From NCBI GenBank assembly GCA_963664225.1, contig OY760937.1:928001-992000 (forward strand): 64,000 nt of DNA, given 5' to 3'. Under the pieces are notes generated by a model, which was not told the DNA's origin, ran no database searches, and saw only the letters and a program-made list of their open reading frames with translations. This document shows positions 10,787 through 20,159 of this stretch, piece after piece. Source of the DNA: Verrucomicrobiia bacterium (GTDB lineage Bacteria > Verrucomicrobiota > Verrucomicrobiia > Limisphaerales > UBA1319). Position 1 is the stretch's first letter, and every line of letters starts with the position of its first letter. The translations under genes were made by a program, and so were the position numbers.

Positions 10787-11908
10787 ATGCGCATTATCAC
10801 CATGCAAAACTCCATCACGGCCGCATTCCATATCAGAACGCTTAATCATGTGGCATTAGCCGCATTGGGCCTCGCGCTCCTCGTCCCGGGCTGCCGAACC
10901 AATGCCCCGGAAATGTCGAAGTCCACCCCAGCCCTCAAAGCGCTGCCGCAATTCACGGCAGCCAATGTTCCCGTTGTCGGGCCCGAGGAAATCCCGATTG
11001 ATCCGCCCAATTGGATCGTATCCACGAATGAAACGCCCGCTGATTTTCCGGGCAATGGGCTTGCCCAGCACCCGATGCTTTACATCGGGGAAGGCTGCAA
11101 CAAAATGTTTCTGATCAATGACGGCAAAATCATTTGGACCTATTCGACAGGAAAAGGCTGGGAATATGACGATATCTGGATGATGTCCAACGGGAACATT
11201 CTCTTCTCCCGCATGGCGTGGGCCGCGGAGGTGACGCCACAAAAGAAGATTGTCTGGCGCATGGATGCCCCCAAGGGAACCGAAATTCATTCTGTCCAGC
11301 CCATCGGTCTGGACAAGGTGCTGGTCATGCAAAACGGCACGCCTGCCAAACTCATGGTCATCAACAAGAAGACCGGGGTCGTGGAAGTGGAGCATGCCCT
11401 TCCTTCCACCCTTACCGGGGAAGGGGTTCATGGCCAGTTCCGCCGTGCCCGCATAACGGCCCAGGGAACCTATCTCCTGCCGCTACTCCAGATGGGCAAG
11501 GTCATCGAGTATGACAAAGACTTTAATGAAATCTGGTCCTACAAAATTCCCAAACCCTGGGCCGCAATCCGGTTGAAAAATGGAAACACGCTCATCAGTG
11601 ATGAAAGTGACGAGCTCGCCCGCGAGGTGAATCCCAAAGGCGAGACAGTCTGGGAGTTCAACCTCAAGACGGACCTGCCGCCCGAGATCGGGTTTTCCGG
11701 CAGCCAAAGCTGCGTGCGCCTGGCCAACGGCAACACCCTCTTTTGCTCGAGAGCCGATGGAGGCAAGAGACCGCAGTTGGTTGAAGTCACGCCGGACAAA
11801 AAAGTTGTCTGGGTTCTTAAAGATTGGAAAAATCTTGGCCCGGCGACGGCCGTCCAGATCCTCGACGATCCGGGTGTTCCCGAAAACCCCGGCGAATTGC
11901 AGCGTTGA
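10787..11908 (+). CDS. Beta-propeller lipoprotein of unknown function
   Basis: Lipobox-like LLVPGC; repeated RLxNGNTL and EVxPxxxxVW blades. Confidence 0.7.
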   Translation: MRIITMQNSITAAFHIRTLNHVALAALGLALLVPGCRTNAPEMSKSTPALKALPQFTAANVPVVGPEEIPIDPPNWIVSTNETPADFPGNGLAQHPMLYIGEGCNKMFLINDGKIIWTYSTGKGWEYDDIWMMSNGNILFSRMAWAAEVTPQKKIVWRMDAPKGTEIHSVQPIGLDKVLVMQNGTPAKLMVINKKTGVVEVEHALPSTLTGEGVHGQFRRARITAQGTYLLPLLQMGKVIEYDKDFNEIWSYKIPKPWAAIRLKNGNTLISDESDELAREVNPKGETVWEFNLKTDLPPEIGFSGSQSCVRLANGNTLFCSRADGGKRPQLVEVTPDKKVVWVLKDWKNLGPATAVQILDDPGVPENPGELQR

Positions 11909-12176
11909 GGCGTTGTTCCGCTCAGGTAATGAGTTTGGGATTCTCGCAAATGGAAGGGATGCCTGTGATGAATTCCGAATGGGGCCCGAATTTGCCGGCG
12001 GGTTTGACGGTTTTGAGCTGGCATCGCCCAATGAGCGTGGGTAGATTTGCACCCGTGCCCCCACTGCCATCCCGAATGCATTGGAAGATGGATTGCAAAC
12101 CGCCTCCGCTGGGCGGCGGGGAGGTTGATTTCCAAGGCCATTTCGACCACTCTCAGGCGCCAATAAACACAAAACC

Positions 12177-14018
12177 ATGAAGCTGCACGCCATCGACCTT
12201 GCCATCATCGTGACCTACTTCGCGGCGGTCATTCTCATCGGCCTGTGGGTTTCACGGCGAGGGTCCAAAGACCTGGATGCCTATTTTCTCGGAGGAAAAT
12301 CACTACGGTGGTACTTGCTCGGAGTCTCGGACGCTTCCGGCATGTTCGACATCAGCGGGACCATGTGGATGGTTTACATTCTTTTTGCGTATGGCGCCAA
12401 GAGCATCTGGCTGCCGTTCCTGTGGCCGGTGTTCAACCAGGTGTTCCTGATGATGTTTCTGAGCGCGTGGCTGCGTCGATCCAACGCAATGACGGGCGCG
12501 GAATGGATTCAAACCCGCTTCGGCCGCGGCACCGGAGCGAACCTCGCCCATCTGAGCGTGGTGTTCTTTGCGCTGGTGAACGTGATCGGCATGCTGGCCT
12601 ATGCGTTCAAGGGAATTGGCAAGTTCGCGGTGGTCATGCTGCCCTGGCATTTCACCAGCCAGACCACCGGGGTGGTGACCGATGAAAATATTTACGCCAT
12701 CATCATTCTGGGTCTCACATCGCTCTACGCAATCAAAGGGGGAATGGTCAGCGTCGTCATCACGGAGATCATGCAATTCTGCATTTTGACTGTGACATCC
12801 ATCACCATCGGGATCATCGCGATCTGGAAGGTTTCCCCGGAGATGATTCAAAAGGTTGTTCCGGCAGGCTGGGATAATCCGTTCTTCGGCTGGAAACTGG
12901 GCATCGATTGGACCGGCATCTTCGACAAGGTCAATGACACGCTCAAGGCCGACGGAAACGAATTCTTCATGATCATCTTTGGAATGATGTTCTTCAAAGG
13001 CGTGCTGGCGAGTCTGGCCGGGCCTGCGCCGAATTACGACATGCAGCGCATTCTGGCCACCCGCAACCCGCGCGAGGCGTCGCTCATGAATGGCATGGTC
13101 AACACGGTGCTCTATTTCCCGCGCTACATGATGATCACCGGCATCACCGTGCTGGCCCTGGCATTCTGCATGACGGACCTGCGCTCGATGGACAAGCCTG
13201 ATTTCGAAAAGATCCTGCCCATCGTGCTGACGCAATATGTGCCGGCGGGCGTGGTGGGCTTCCTGCTGGCGGGCTTGCTCGCGGCGTTCATGTCGAATTT
13301 CGCCGCCACCATCAATTCCGCTCCGGCCTACATCGTGAACGACATTTATAAGCGGTTCATCAATCCACAAGTCGCCCCCAAGACGCAAGTCACCATGAGC
13401 CGCTTTGCATGCCTGGGAGTGTTATTCGTCGGAATTCTCTTCGGTCTGTTGGCCACTCGAATTACGGACATCATGATGTGGATCGTGGGCGCGCTTTACG
13501 GTGGTTACGTCATGGCCAACGTGCTGAAGTGGTATTGGTGGCGGTTCAATGGTTATGGCTATTTCTGGGGCATGGTGTCCGGCATTGTCAGCGCGATGTT
13601 CATGCCAGACGTGGCAAAAATGGTGCTCGGCCACCCCGTCAGCAACTCGCTCTATTTGTTCCCGGCGATCTTCATCATCTCTGTCATAGGCTGCTTCCTC
13701 GGCACGTTTTTGGGCCAGGCCGAAGACGAGGCCACTTTGAAGAATTTCTACAAAACGGTGAATCCATGGGGTTTCTGGGGGCCCATTCGGAAAAAAGTCA
13801 TGCAGGAAGATCCGACCTTCATTCCGAATCCCAGTTTCAAGCGCGACACTGTGAATGTGCTCGTCGGCATCGTCTGGCAACTCTGCCTCACCGCGCTGCC
13901 GATATACATCGTGCTGCAGCACTGGTCCTGGGCTGGCGCCATCGCCGCCACGCTCCTCGTGACCACGATATTCATCAAGTTTAACTGGTATGACAAATTG
14001 GAGAAGGCCCGTGACTGA
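12177..14018 (+). CDS. Sodium:solute symporter (SSS), probable manno-oligosaccharide uptake
   Basis: YFLGGKSL.W, QRILA, GLLAAFMS motifs, many TM segments; first gene of the mannan operon. Confidence 0.9.
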   Translation: MKLHAIDLAIIVTYFAAVILIGLWVSRRGSKDLDAYFLGGKSLRWYLLGVSDASGMFDISGTMWMVYILFAYGAKSIWLPFLWPVFNQVFLMMFLSAWLRRSNAMTGAEWIQTRFGRGTGANLAHLSVVFFALVNVIGMLAYAFKGIGKFAVVMLPWHFTSQTTGVVTDENIYAIIILGLTSLYAIKGGMVSVVITEIMQFCILTVTSITIGIIAIWKVSPEMIQKVVPAGWDNPFFGWKLGIDWTGIFDKVNDTLKADGNEFFMIIFGMMFFKGVLASLAGPAPNYDMQRILATRNPREASLMNGMVNTVLYFPRYMMITGITVLALAFCMTDLRSMDKPDFEKILPIVLTQYVPAGVVGFLLAGLLAAFMSNFAATINSAPAYIVNDIYKRFINPQVAPKTQVTMSRFACLGVLFVGILFGLLATRITDIMMWIVGALYGGYVMANVLKWYWWRFNGYGYFWGMVSGIVSAMFMPDVAKMVLGHPVSNSLYLFPAIFIISVIGCFLGTFLGQAEDEATLKNFYKTVNPWGFWGPIRKKVMQEDPTFIPNPSFKRDTVNVLVGIVWQLCLTALPIYIVLQHWSWAGAIAATLLVTTIFIKFNWYDKLEKARD

Positions 14019-14037
14019 TTCCATCTGGAGAAATCCC

Positions 14038-15891
14038 ATGAAAAGAATCCTATTGTCCATCGCCGCGTTTACACTTGTGACGACCCTTCACGCCGCATCC
14101 CAATTCCACGACTTTGTTCGCGTGGAGGGCGACCAATTGGTCGAGGGAGGCAAGCCGTTTCGTTTCATATCATGGAACATTCCCAACCTGCATTTGATTG
14201 AGGACAATGTGCCGTTCGAGTTGGACGGCCCCGGCTCAAAGACCAACGCCGTGCTGGGGTGGCGGTGGCCCGATCGTTTTGAAATCAACGATGCGCTGTC
14301 TGCTGTGCGGCAAATGAATGGACAGGTGGTGCGCACCTATGTGCTTTCGGTTCAAAGGACGCAAGATTCTCCGAACATACCGCGCCACGTTTTTGCGCCC
14401 GGCAAATTCAACGAGGAAGGGTTCCGCGCGCTCGACCAGGTGCTGCAGATTGCCAATGAACAGGGCGTGCGGTTGATCATTCCCTTTGTGGATAACTGGC
14501 ATTGGTGGGGAGGTCGCGCCCAATACGCCGGTTTTCACGGAAAGACCAAGGACGATTTCTGGACCGATCCCGAAGTCATTGCCGATTTCAAGCAAACCAT
14601 CCGTTTTGCCATCACGCGCACCAATACGCTCACCGGCGTGCGCTACGCCGATGACAAGGCCATCCTCTGCTGGGAAACCGGCAATGAAGTGGACAGCCCG
14701 GCCTTATGGACGCGCGAAATCGCCGCCTATATCAAGTCGCTCGATAAAAACCATCTGGTCATGGACGGCTTTAATTCAACCGAGTTGCGCGAAGAATCCC
14801 TGACCATGCCGGAGGTGGATATTGTCACCACGCACCATTATCCGGGAGGCAACAAACCCTTCGCCCAGCTTATCCGGGAGAACGCTGCGCGCGCGAAAGG
14901 ACACAAGCCTTATGTTGTTGGCGAGTTCGGATTTGTGGGGACGAAGCAAATGGCCGAGGCGATTCAAGCGGTGCGTGAAACCCAGACCGCGGGCGCGCTG
15001 GCGTGGAGTCTCCGTGTGCGAAATTGCGACGGGGGCTTTTACTGGCATAGCGAGCCGGCTGGCGGCAACAAATACAAGGCCTTCCACTGGCCCGGTTCCC
15101 CCATGGGAAACGACTACGACGAAACCGCCTTCATGACCCTCATGCGGCAGGAGGCGTTTGCCATCCGCGGTTTGCCGGTGCCGGAAGTCCCCGTGCCTGA
15201 ATCGCCAACGCTTTTGCCGATCACCGATGCGAGCGCGATCTCCTGGCAAGGTTCAGTGGGTGCGTCGAGTTACATCGTCGAACGCGCGTACAAAAAGAGC
15301 GGTCCCTGGACAACCGTTGGCGACAACGTGGATGAGAGCTTTGTGCAATACCGGCCCTTGTTCAACGATGAGACGGCCCGCAAGGGCCGATGGTTCTATC
15401 GGGTAAGCGCGAAGAATGGCGCCGGAGTGTCCGCGCCTTCGAACGTGGTGGGGCCAGTGCGAGTGTCCCGGACCACTTTGGTGGACGAGTTGGCGGATTT
15501 TTCGAAGGTAAACGCCCGATCCGGCGAATTGGAAATCCAGTCCAGGGATTGCCGTTCGGCCATGGAAGACGCGCACCGGGCCAGCGGATCTGTGGGCAGC
15601 GCGCTGGTGTATCGCGTGGGTTCCCGAATCACCAAAGGACGAGTCTTTGTGTATTTCCCGAAGGATATTGCAGACCTGAAATTCAGTTTTTCGAGCAATG
15701 GTTCGACGTTTCGCACCGCGACGGTGAAGCGAACGGATTTTCCATTTGCCGTGGGCGATTACGGTTATTGGAGGCGCGCGGTTTATGAACTTCCATCGGC
15801 CGATGCGAACGATCGTTTTGTGAAAATTGAATTTACCGGCCCGGCCCAAATCGGGCGTGTGGAGATTCAGAACGAGGGGGAGGCAAAATGA
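14038..15891 (+). CDS. GH5 beta-mannanase with C-terminal FN3-like and beta-sandwich domains
   Basis: RBS GGAG, signal peptide, VVRTY, WETGNE (acid/base), VGEFG (nucleophile), FN3-like WFYRVSAKN; mannan operon context. Confidence 0.85.
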   Translation: MKRILLSIAAFTLVTTLHAASQFHDFVRVEGDQLVEGGKPFRFISWNIPNLHLIEDNVPFELDGPGSKTNAVLGWRWPDRFEINDALSAVRQMNGQVVRTYVLSVQRTQDSPNIPRHVFAPGKFNEEGFRALDQVLQIANEQGVRLIIPFVDNWHWWGGRAQYAGFHGKTKDDFWTDPEVIADFKQTIRFAITRTNTLTGVRYADDKAILCWETGNEVDSPALWTREIAAYIKSLDKNHLVMDGFNSTELREESLTMPEVDIVTTHHYPGGNKPFAQLIRENAARAKGHKPYVVGEFGFVGTKQMAEAIQAVRETQTAGALAWSLRVRNCDGGFYWHSEPAGGNKYKAFHWPGSPMGNDYDETAFMTLMRQEAFAIRGLPVPEVPVPESPTLLPITDASAISWQGSVGASSYIVERAYKKSGPWTTVGDNVDESFVQYRPLFNDETARKGRWFYRVSAKNGAGVSAPSNVVGPVRVSRTTLVDELADFSKVNARSGELEIQSRDCRSAMEDAHRASGSVGSALVYRVGSRITKGRVFVYFPKDIADLKFSFSSNGSTFRTATVKRTDFPFAVGDYGYWRRAVYELPSADANDRFVKIEFTGPAQIGRVEIQNEGEAK

Positions 15892-17111
15892 AGCTTACTC
15901 TGAGTCCCGGTCAGACCGCCGATGCGCGCGACCTGGCGCAGCGCGTCCGCACGCAACTCTTTGGCCACATCCTGCCGTTCTGGTGCGGGCCTGCGGTGGA
16001 CCATGAACAGGGTGGCTGGATGGGTTGGCTGACCAACGATCTCAAGCCCGACCGCACGCAACCCAAGGGACTGATCGTGAACAGTCGCATTCTCTGGGCT
16101 TTCTCAGCGGTTCACCAGGTGAAGCCGGACCCGCTGTTTCGACAGATGGCCGAACGCGCTTTTAATTATGCGATGAACCGCTTTTGGGACACGCACCATG
16201 GCGGTGCTTTTTGGCGGCTGGACGATGCGGGCCGGATGTTGGACGACTCCAAAAAAATTTACGGTCAGGCGTTTTACATCTACGCGCTGGTGGAGTATTA
16301 CCGCGCATTTGGGTCCGCGCCAGCCGTGGCCCGCGCGATGGAGATGTTCGAATTGATCGAAAGCCACGCTCACGACGGTAAACATGGCGGCTACACTGAG
16401 GTTTGCGCCCGAGACTGGTCGGACGCCGGACCGGATGCGCGTCTGAGCGAGAAGGACCTGAACGAGAAGAAATCGATGAACAATCATCTTCACGTTCTGG
16501 AGGCCTATACCAACCTGTTTCGGGTCTCGGCGCTGCCAGAAGTGGAAGAACGTTTGCGCGAACTTTTGCAACTGTTTCTGGAGCGTATTCTGGATTCGCG
16601 GACGGGTCATATGAACCATTTCTTCGATGTAGAATGGCATGTGCGTTCAGACAGCTATACGTTCGGGCACGACATTGAGGCCAGTTGGCTTTTGTGGGAG
16701 GCCGCAGAAGCGCTGGGCGATCCCGCATTGTATGCGAAAACCCGCAAAACGGCCCTGCAAATGGCGGCCGTTGTTCGCGACGAAGGCCTTGGCGAAGACG
16801 GCGGTCTCTACTACGAAGGCAGGGGCGGCCAGACCATTGACCGCGGACGGGAGTGCTGGCCGCAGGCCGAAGCGGTCATTGGTTTCCTCAATGCCATGGA
16901 ACTAAGTGGCGATCCCAAGTATCTTGAGGATGCGCGGCGCGTCTGGCACTACGTGGAGCAAAACCTGGTGGACCATGTTCACGGTGAATGGTTCTGGCGC
17001 ATCGCTCCAGACGGCCGCCCGGATCCGAAATTGCCCAAGGTCAGCGAATGGAAAGGCCCATATCACGCCACACGCGCGTGTCTGGAAACCATGCGGCGTT
17101 TGGGTATATAA
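15888..17111 (+). CDS. Cellobiose/mannobiose 2-epimerase (AGE family)
   Basis: SRILWAFS, YGQAFYIY, KSMNNHLHVLEAYTNL, GHDIEASWL, WKGPYH motifs; ATGA overlap with the upstream gene. Confidence 0.92.
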   Translation: MKLTLSPGQTADARDLAQRVRTQLFGHILPFWCGPAVDHEQGGWMGWLTNDLKPDRTQPKGLIVNSRILWAFSAVHQVKPDPLFRQMAERAFNYAMNRFWDTHHGGAFWRLDDAGRMLDDSKKIYGQAFYIYALVEYYRAFGSAPAVARAMEMFELIESHAHDGKHGGYTEVCARDWSDAGPDARLSEKDLNEKKSMNNHLHVLEAYTNLFRVSALPEVEERLRELLQLFLERILDSRTGHMNHFFDVEWHVRSDSYTFGHDIEASWLLWEAAEALGDPALYAKTRKTALQMAAVVRDEGLGEDGGLYYEGRGGQTIDRGRECWPQAEAVIGFLNAMELSGDPKYLEDARRVWHYVEQNLVDHVHGEWFWRIAPDGRPDPKLPKVSEWKGPYHATRACLETMRRLGI

Positions 17112-17136
17112 TAGTCATTTGAATTATTCTTAAGTC

Positions 17137-18315
17137 ATGAAGCAAAAAACGTTCACAAAAAATCTCGAGCGCCTGCAACAGCAGCATCAGAAACTCATCC
17201 GGCAGCCGAATCGCGAGCGGAAATACGGCAACGGCATCTTTGACCGTTTCGAGAATCCTGTGCTCACGGCCGATCACACTCCTCTGACCTGGCGATATGA
17301 TCTCGATTTCAAAACAAATCCTTTCCTGATGACGCGGTTGGGCATCAATGCCGTGTTCAATGTCGGCGCGATGGAATGGAACGGCGGCATTGTTCTGGCG
17401 GCGCGCGTCGAGGGCTGGGATCGCAAATCATTTTTCGCCATCGCCGAGAGCCGCAACGGCGTGGAAGGATTCCATTTCTGGGATTACCCGGTGCGCATGC
17501 CGGAGTTTGACGACAAGGAAACCAATCTGTACGACATGCGACTGGTGCGTCACGAGGACGGCTGGATTTACGGGCTATTCTGCGCCGAGCGCCATGACGA
17601 TTCCAAACCAAACGATCTCTCCGCCGCCGTCGCGCGATGCGGCGTTGCGCGGACGAAGGACTTGATCAAATGGGACCGTCTGGCCGACTTGAAAACGAGC
17701 GCTCTACATCAGCGTAATTGCGTGCTGCATCCGGAATTTGTGAACGGCAAATACGCGTTCTATACGCGGCCCATGGCGGACTTCGCGGCGGCCGGTTCAG
17801 GCGACGGCATTGGCTGGGGCTTGTGTGACGATATCACCAGGGCGGTCATCAAGAAGGAAAGCATCATTGACCCGCGCTTTTATCACACCATCAAAGAGGG
17901 CAAGAACGGCCTCGGCCCCGCGCCCATCAAGACCGCAAAGGGCTGGCTCCATCTGGCCCACGGCGTGCGCACCACAGCGGTCGGAATGCGCTATGTGCTC
18001 TATCTGTTCCTCTGCGACCTGGAGGATCCATCGAAACTCATTAAAGCGCCCGGCGGTTATTTCATGGCGCCGGAGAATGACGAGAGGGTGGGGGATGTTT
18101 CGAACGTGCTTTTTTCGAACGGTTGGGTGGCGCGCAAGAATGGCGACGTGTTCATCTATTACGGTTCCTCCGACACGCGCACGCATGTGGCAAAGACCAC
18201 TGTGGATAAACTGCTGGATTACGTGCAGAACACGCCGGAAGACGGCATGCGTTCCAAGATTTGCGTGGACCAGCGGTGTCGGCTCATCGAGAAAAACCTG
18301 AAGTTGAAGGTTTGA
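17137..18315 (+). CDS. mgp: 4-O-beta-D-mannosyl-D-glucose phosphorylase (GH130)
   Basis: PLTWRYDL, RVEG.DRKSFFA, YDMRL..HEDGWIYG, RNCVLHPE, RVGDVSNV motifs. Confidence 0.92.
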   Translation: MKQKTFTKNLERLQQQHQKLIRQPNRERKYGNGIFDRFENPVLTADHTPLTWRYDLDFKTNPFLMTRLGINAVFNVGAMEWNGGIVLAARVEGWDRKSFFAIAESRNGVEGFHFWDYPVRMPEFDDKETNLYDMRLVRHEDGWIYGLFCAERHDDSKPNDLSAAVARCGVARTKDLIKWDRLADLKTSALHQRNCVLHPEFVNGKYAFYTRPMADFAAAGSGDGIGWGLCDDITRAVIKKESIIDPRFYHTIKEGKNGLGPAPIKTAKGWLHLAHGVRTTAVGMRYVLYLFLCDLEDPSKLIKAPGGYFMAPENDERVGDVSNVLFSNGWVARKNGDVFIYYGSSDTRTHVAKTTVDKLLDYVQNTPEDGMRSKICVDQRCRLIEKNLKLKV

Positions 18316-18557
18316 TCCGGCTATCGATGTGAACCGCCGGGCCTCTTACGCCCTGCGGTGTCGATCGTTTTTCAGCCGCGCAGACAATCCGATGGGTCGT
18401 CGCACCAAAATTGTTTTGCAGATTGATTGCCCGTTAGAAACGAGCTATTAATACAACAGAGTTTATCCGATGGGATAAAAATTCCAAAACGGCACGTGAA
18501 CGCCCCACTATCCGGGATGCGATCCGCCGCAAGACAACTCGAAAGGGGAGAAGCGAT

Positions 18558-19262
18558 ATGTCATTACAGAAGAAATTGACGGCAGAGTTCATCGGCACTT
18601 TGTGGCTTGTTTTGGGCGGCTGCGGAAGTGCCGTGCTGGCGGCTGGTTTTCCAAAAGTTGGCATCGGCCTGCTGGGCGTGGCCCTGGCCTTCGGTTTGAC
18701 GGTGCTGACCATGGCGTATGCCATCGGCCATATTTCTGGATGTCATCTAAACCCCGCTGTTTCCATCGGCTTGTGCGTCGGCAAGCGATTTCCGGCTTCT
18801 GAAGTACTGCCTTACATCGTCGCCCAGGTTCTGGGCGGAATTGCTGGCGCGGGCATATTGTATGTCATTGCCAGTGGTGGAGGCGGCTTCATCCTGAGCA
18901 GTGGTTTTGCCGCCAATGGATACGGGGAACATTCACCCGGATTTTACTCGATGGGGTCCGCGTTGGTGGCGGAAGTGGTGCTGACCTTCATGTTTCTCAT
19001 GATCATTCTGGGTTCCACCGACAAACGCGCGCCGCAGGGTTTCGCTCCAATAGCCATTGGTTTGGGATTAACTCTGATCCATCTGATTGGCATTCCAGTG
19101 ACGAATCTATCGGTCAATCCGGCTCGCAGCACTGGACCGGCGGTATTCGTGGGGGGATGGGCGCTGGCACAACTTTGGGCCTTCTGGATCGCTCCAATCG
19201 TGGGAGCAATTTTGGCCGGCGTGGTTTATCATTCGGCCTTCGAAGAAACGGAAAAATCCTAA
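18558..19262 (+). CDS. aqpZ: Aquaporin Z
   Basis: [13 protein letters not shown] and SVNPARS (two NPA motifs), NGYGEHSPG loop. Confidence 0.96.
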   Translation: MSLQKKLTAEFIGTLWLVLGGCGSAVLAAGFPKVGIGLLGVALAFGLTVLTMAYAIGHISGCHLNPAVSIGLCVGKRFPASEVLPYIVAQVLGGIAGAGILYVIASGGGGFILSSGFAANGYGEHSPGFYSMGSALVAEVVLTFMFLMIILGSTDKRAPQGFAPIAIGLGLTLIHLIGIPVTNLSVNPARSTGPAVFVGGWALAQLWAFWIAPIVGAILAGVVYHSAFEETEKS

Positions 19263-19369
19263 AAGTGCTTTCGGCACTAGTCGGACTTGACTCCAGTGCA
19301 CGGCGCAAAGCCTGCGCAATAGAGACGGCGACGTCGGCTTGGGTTCGAAATGCCGTGGTTGGGCGGCGC

Positions 19370-20155
19370 CTATTTCACGGTCTTGGCGCGGCCCAGCCAC
19401 ATCAGGCCATCGGCAATCAGTTTGTTCTGTGTCGCATCCGACATGACTTCGGGCCCGTGTCCCATGTTCATATAGAGCATCCGGTAACGCGTGTTCGTCC
19501 ACACCACAGGCAGGTCGCCCTCTCTCAGGATATCCTTTTTGCCGAGCGGATAATTGGAGGGATCGAGCGTCAGCAGGACTTTGATGTCCTTGTTCAATCG
19601 CGGGCTGGGTTTCCAAAAATACCATTCGTTGGTGGGGGAGATGAATGAGCCAGGCAGGTTGCGGGTCACGGGATGCGTGGGGTCATCGACGGTGAGTTTG
19701 GCTGGCAATGCGGGCCAGTTGTTGCTGTAAAAGACCGAGTCCCCAAAAAACTCCACGAACCACGGCCATTGTGTGTCCTTGTCGTTGTAACCGGCCACAT
19801 GGAAACCGAGCCAGCCTCCGCCGCCAACCATGTAATCCTGAAACGCCTTTCGTTGCGCCGAGGTGTGAGGGAAGTCGTTGATCCAGATCACGACCCGGTA
19901 TTTTACGACATTGGTTGCGTTAAGAGCGTTCCAATTCGTTGTTGCATCCAGCGTGAAGTGTTCTTTTGCGGCAAGCTCGTTGAGGAAGACCAAAGCGGCC
20001 TTGGCAAACCTGGCGTGATCAGGTTCAACGGTGGTTGAATAGAAGGCGAGCGCGCCAAACTCAGTTGGATGGTCCTGCGCGCGTAGGTCCATCGCCATCG
20101 TAAATGCCACGACCAGCCCTGGGAGAATGCGGTAAAAGTGAGTGAGGATGGCCAT
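19370..20155 (-). CDS. Secreted ThuA-domain protein
   Basis: GGGWLGFH, NEWY, PVVWTN, YMNMGH motifs; signal-like N-terminus. Confidence 0.85.
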   Translation of the reverse strand: MAILTHFYRILPGLVVAFTMAMDLRAQDHPTEFGALAFYSTTVEPDHARFAKAALVFLNELAAKEHFTLDATTNWNALNATNVVKYRVVIWINDFPHTSAQRKAFQDYMVGGGGWLGFHVAGYNDKDTQWPWFVEFFGDSVFYSNNWPALPAKLTVDDPTHPVTRNLPGSFISPTNEWYFWKPSPRLNKDIKVLLTLDPSNYPLGKKDILREGDLPVVWTNTRYRMLYMNMGHGPEVMSDATQNKLIADGLMWLGRAKTVK

Positions 20156-20159
20156 AAAA

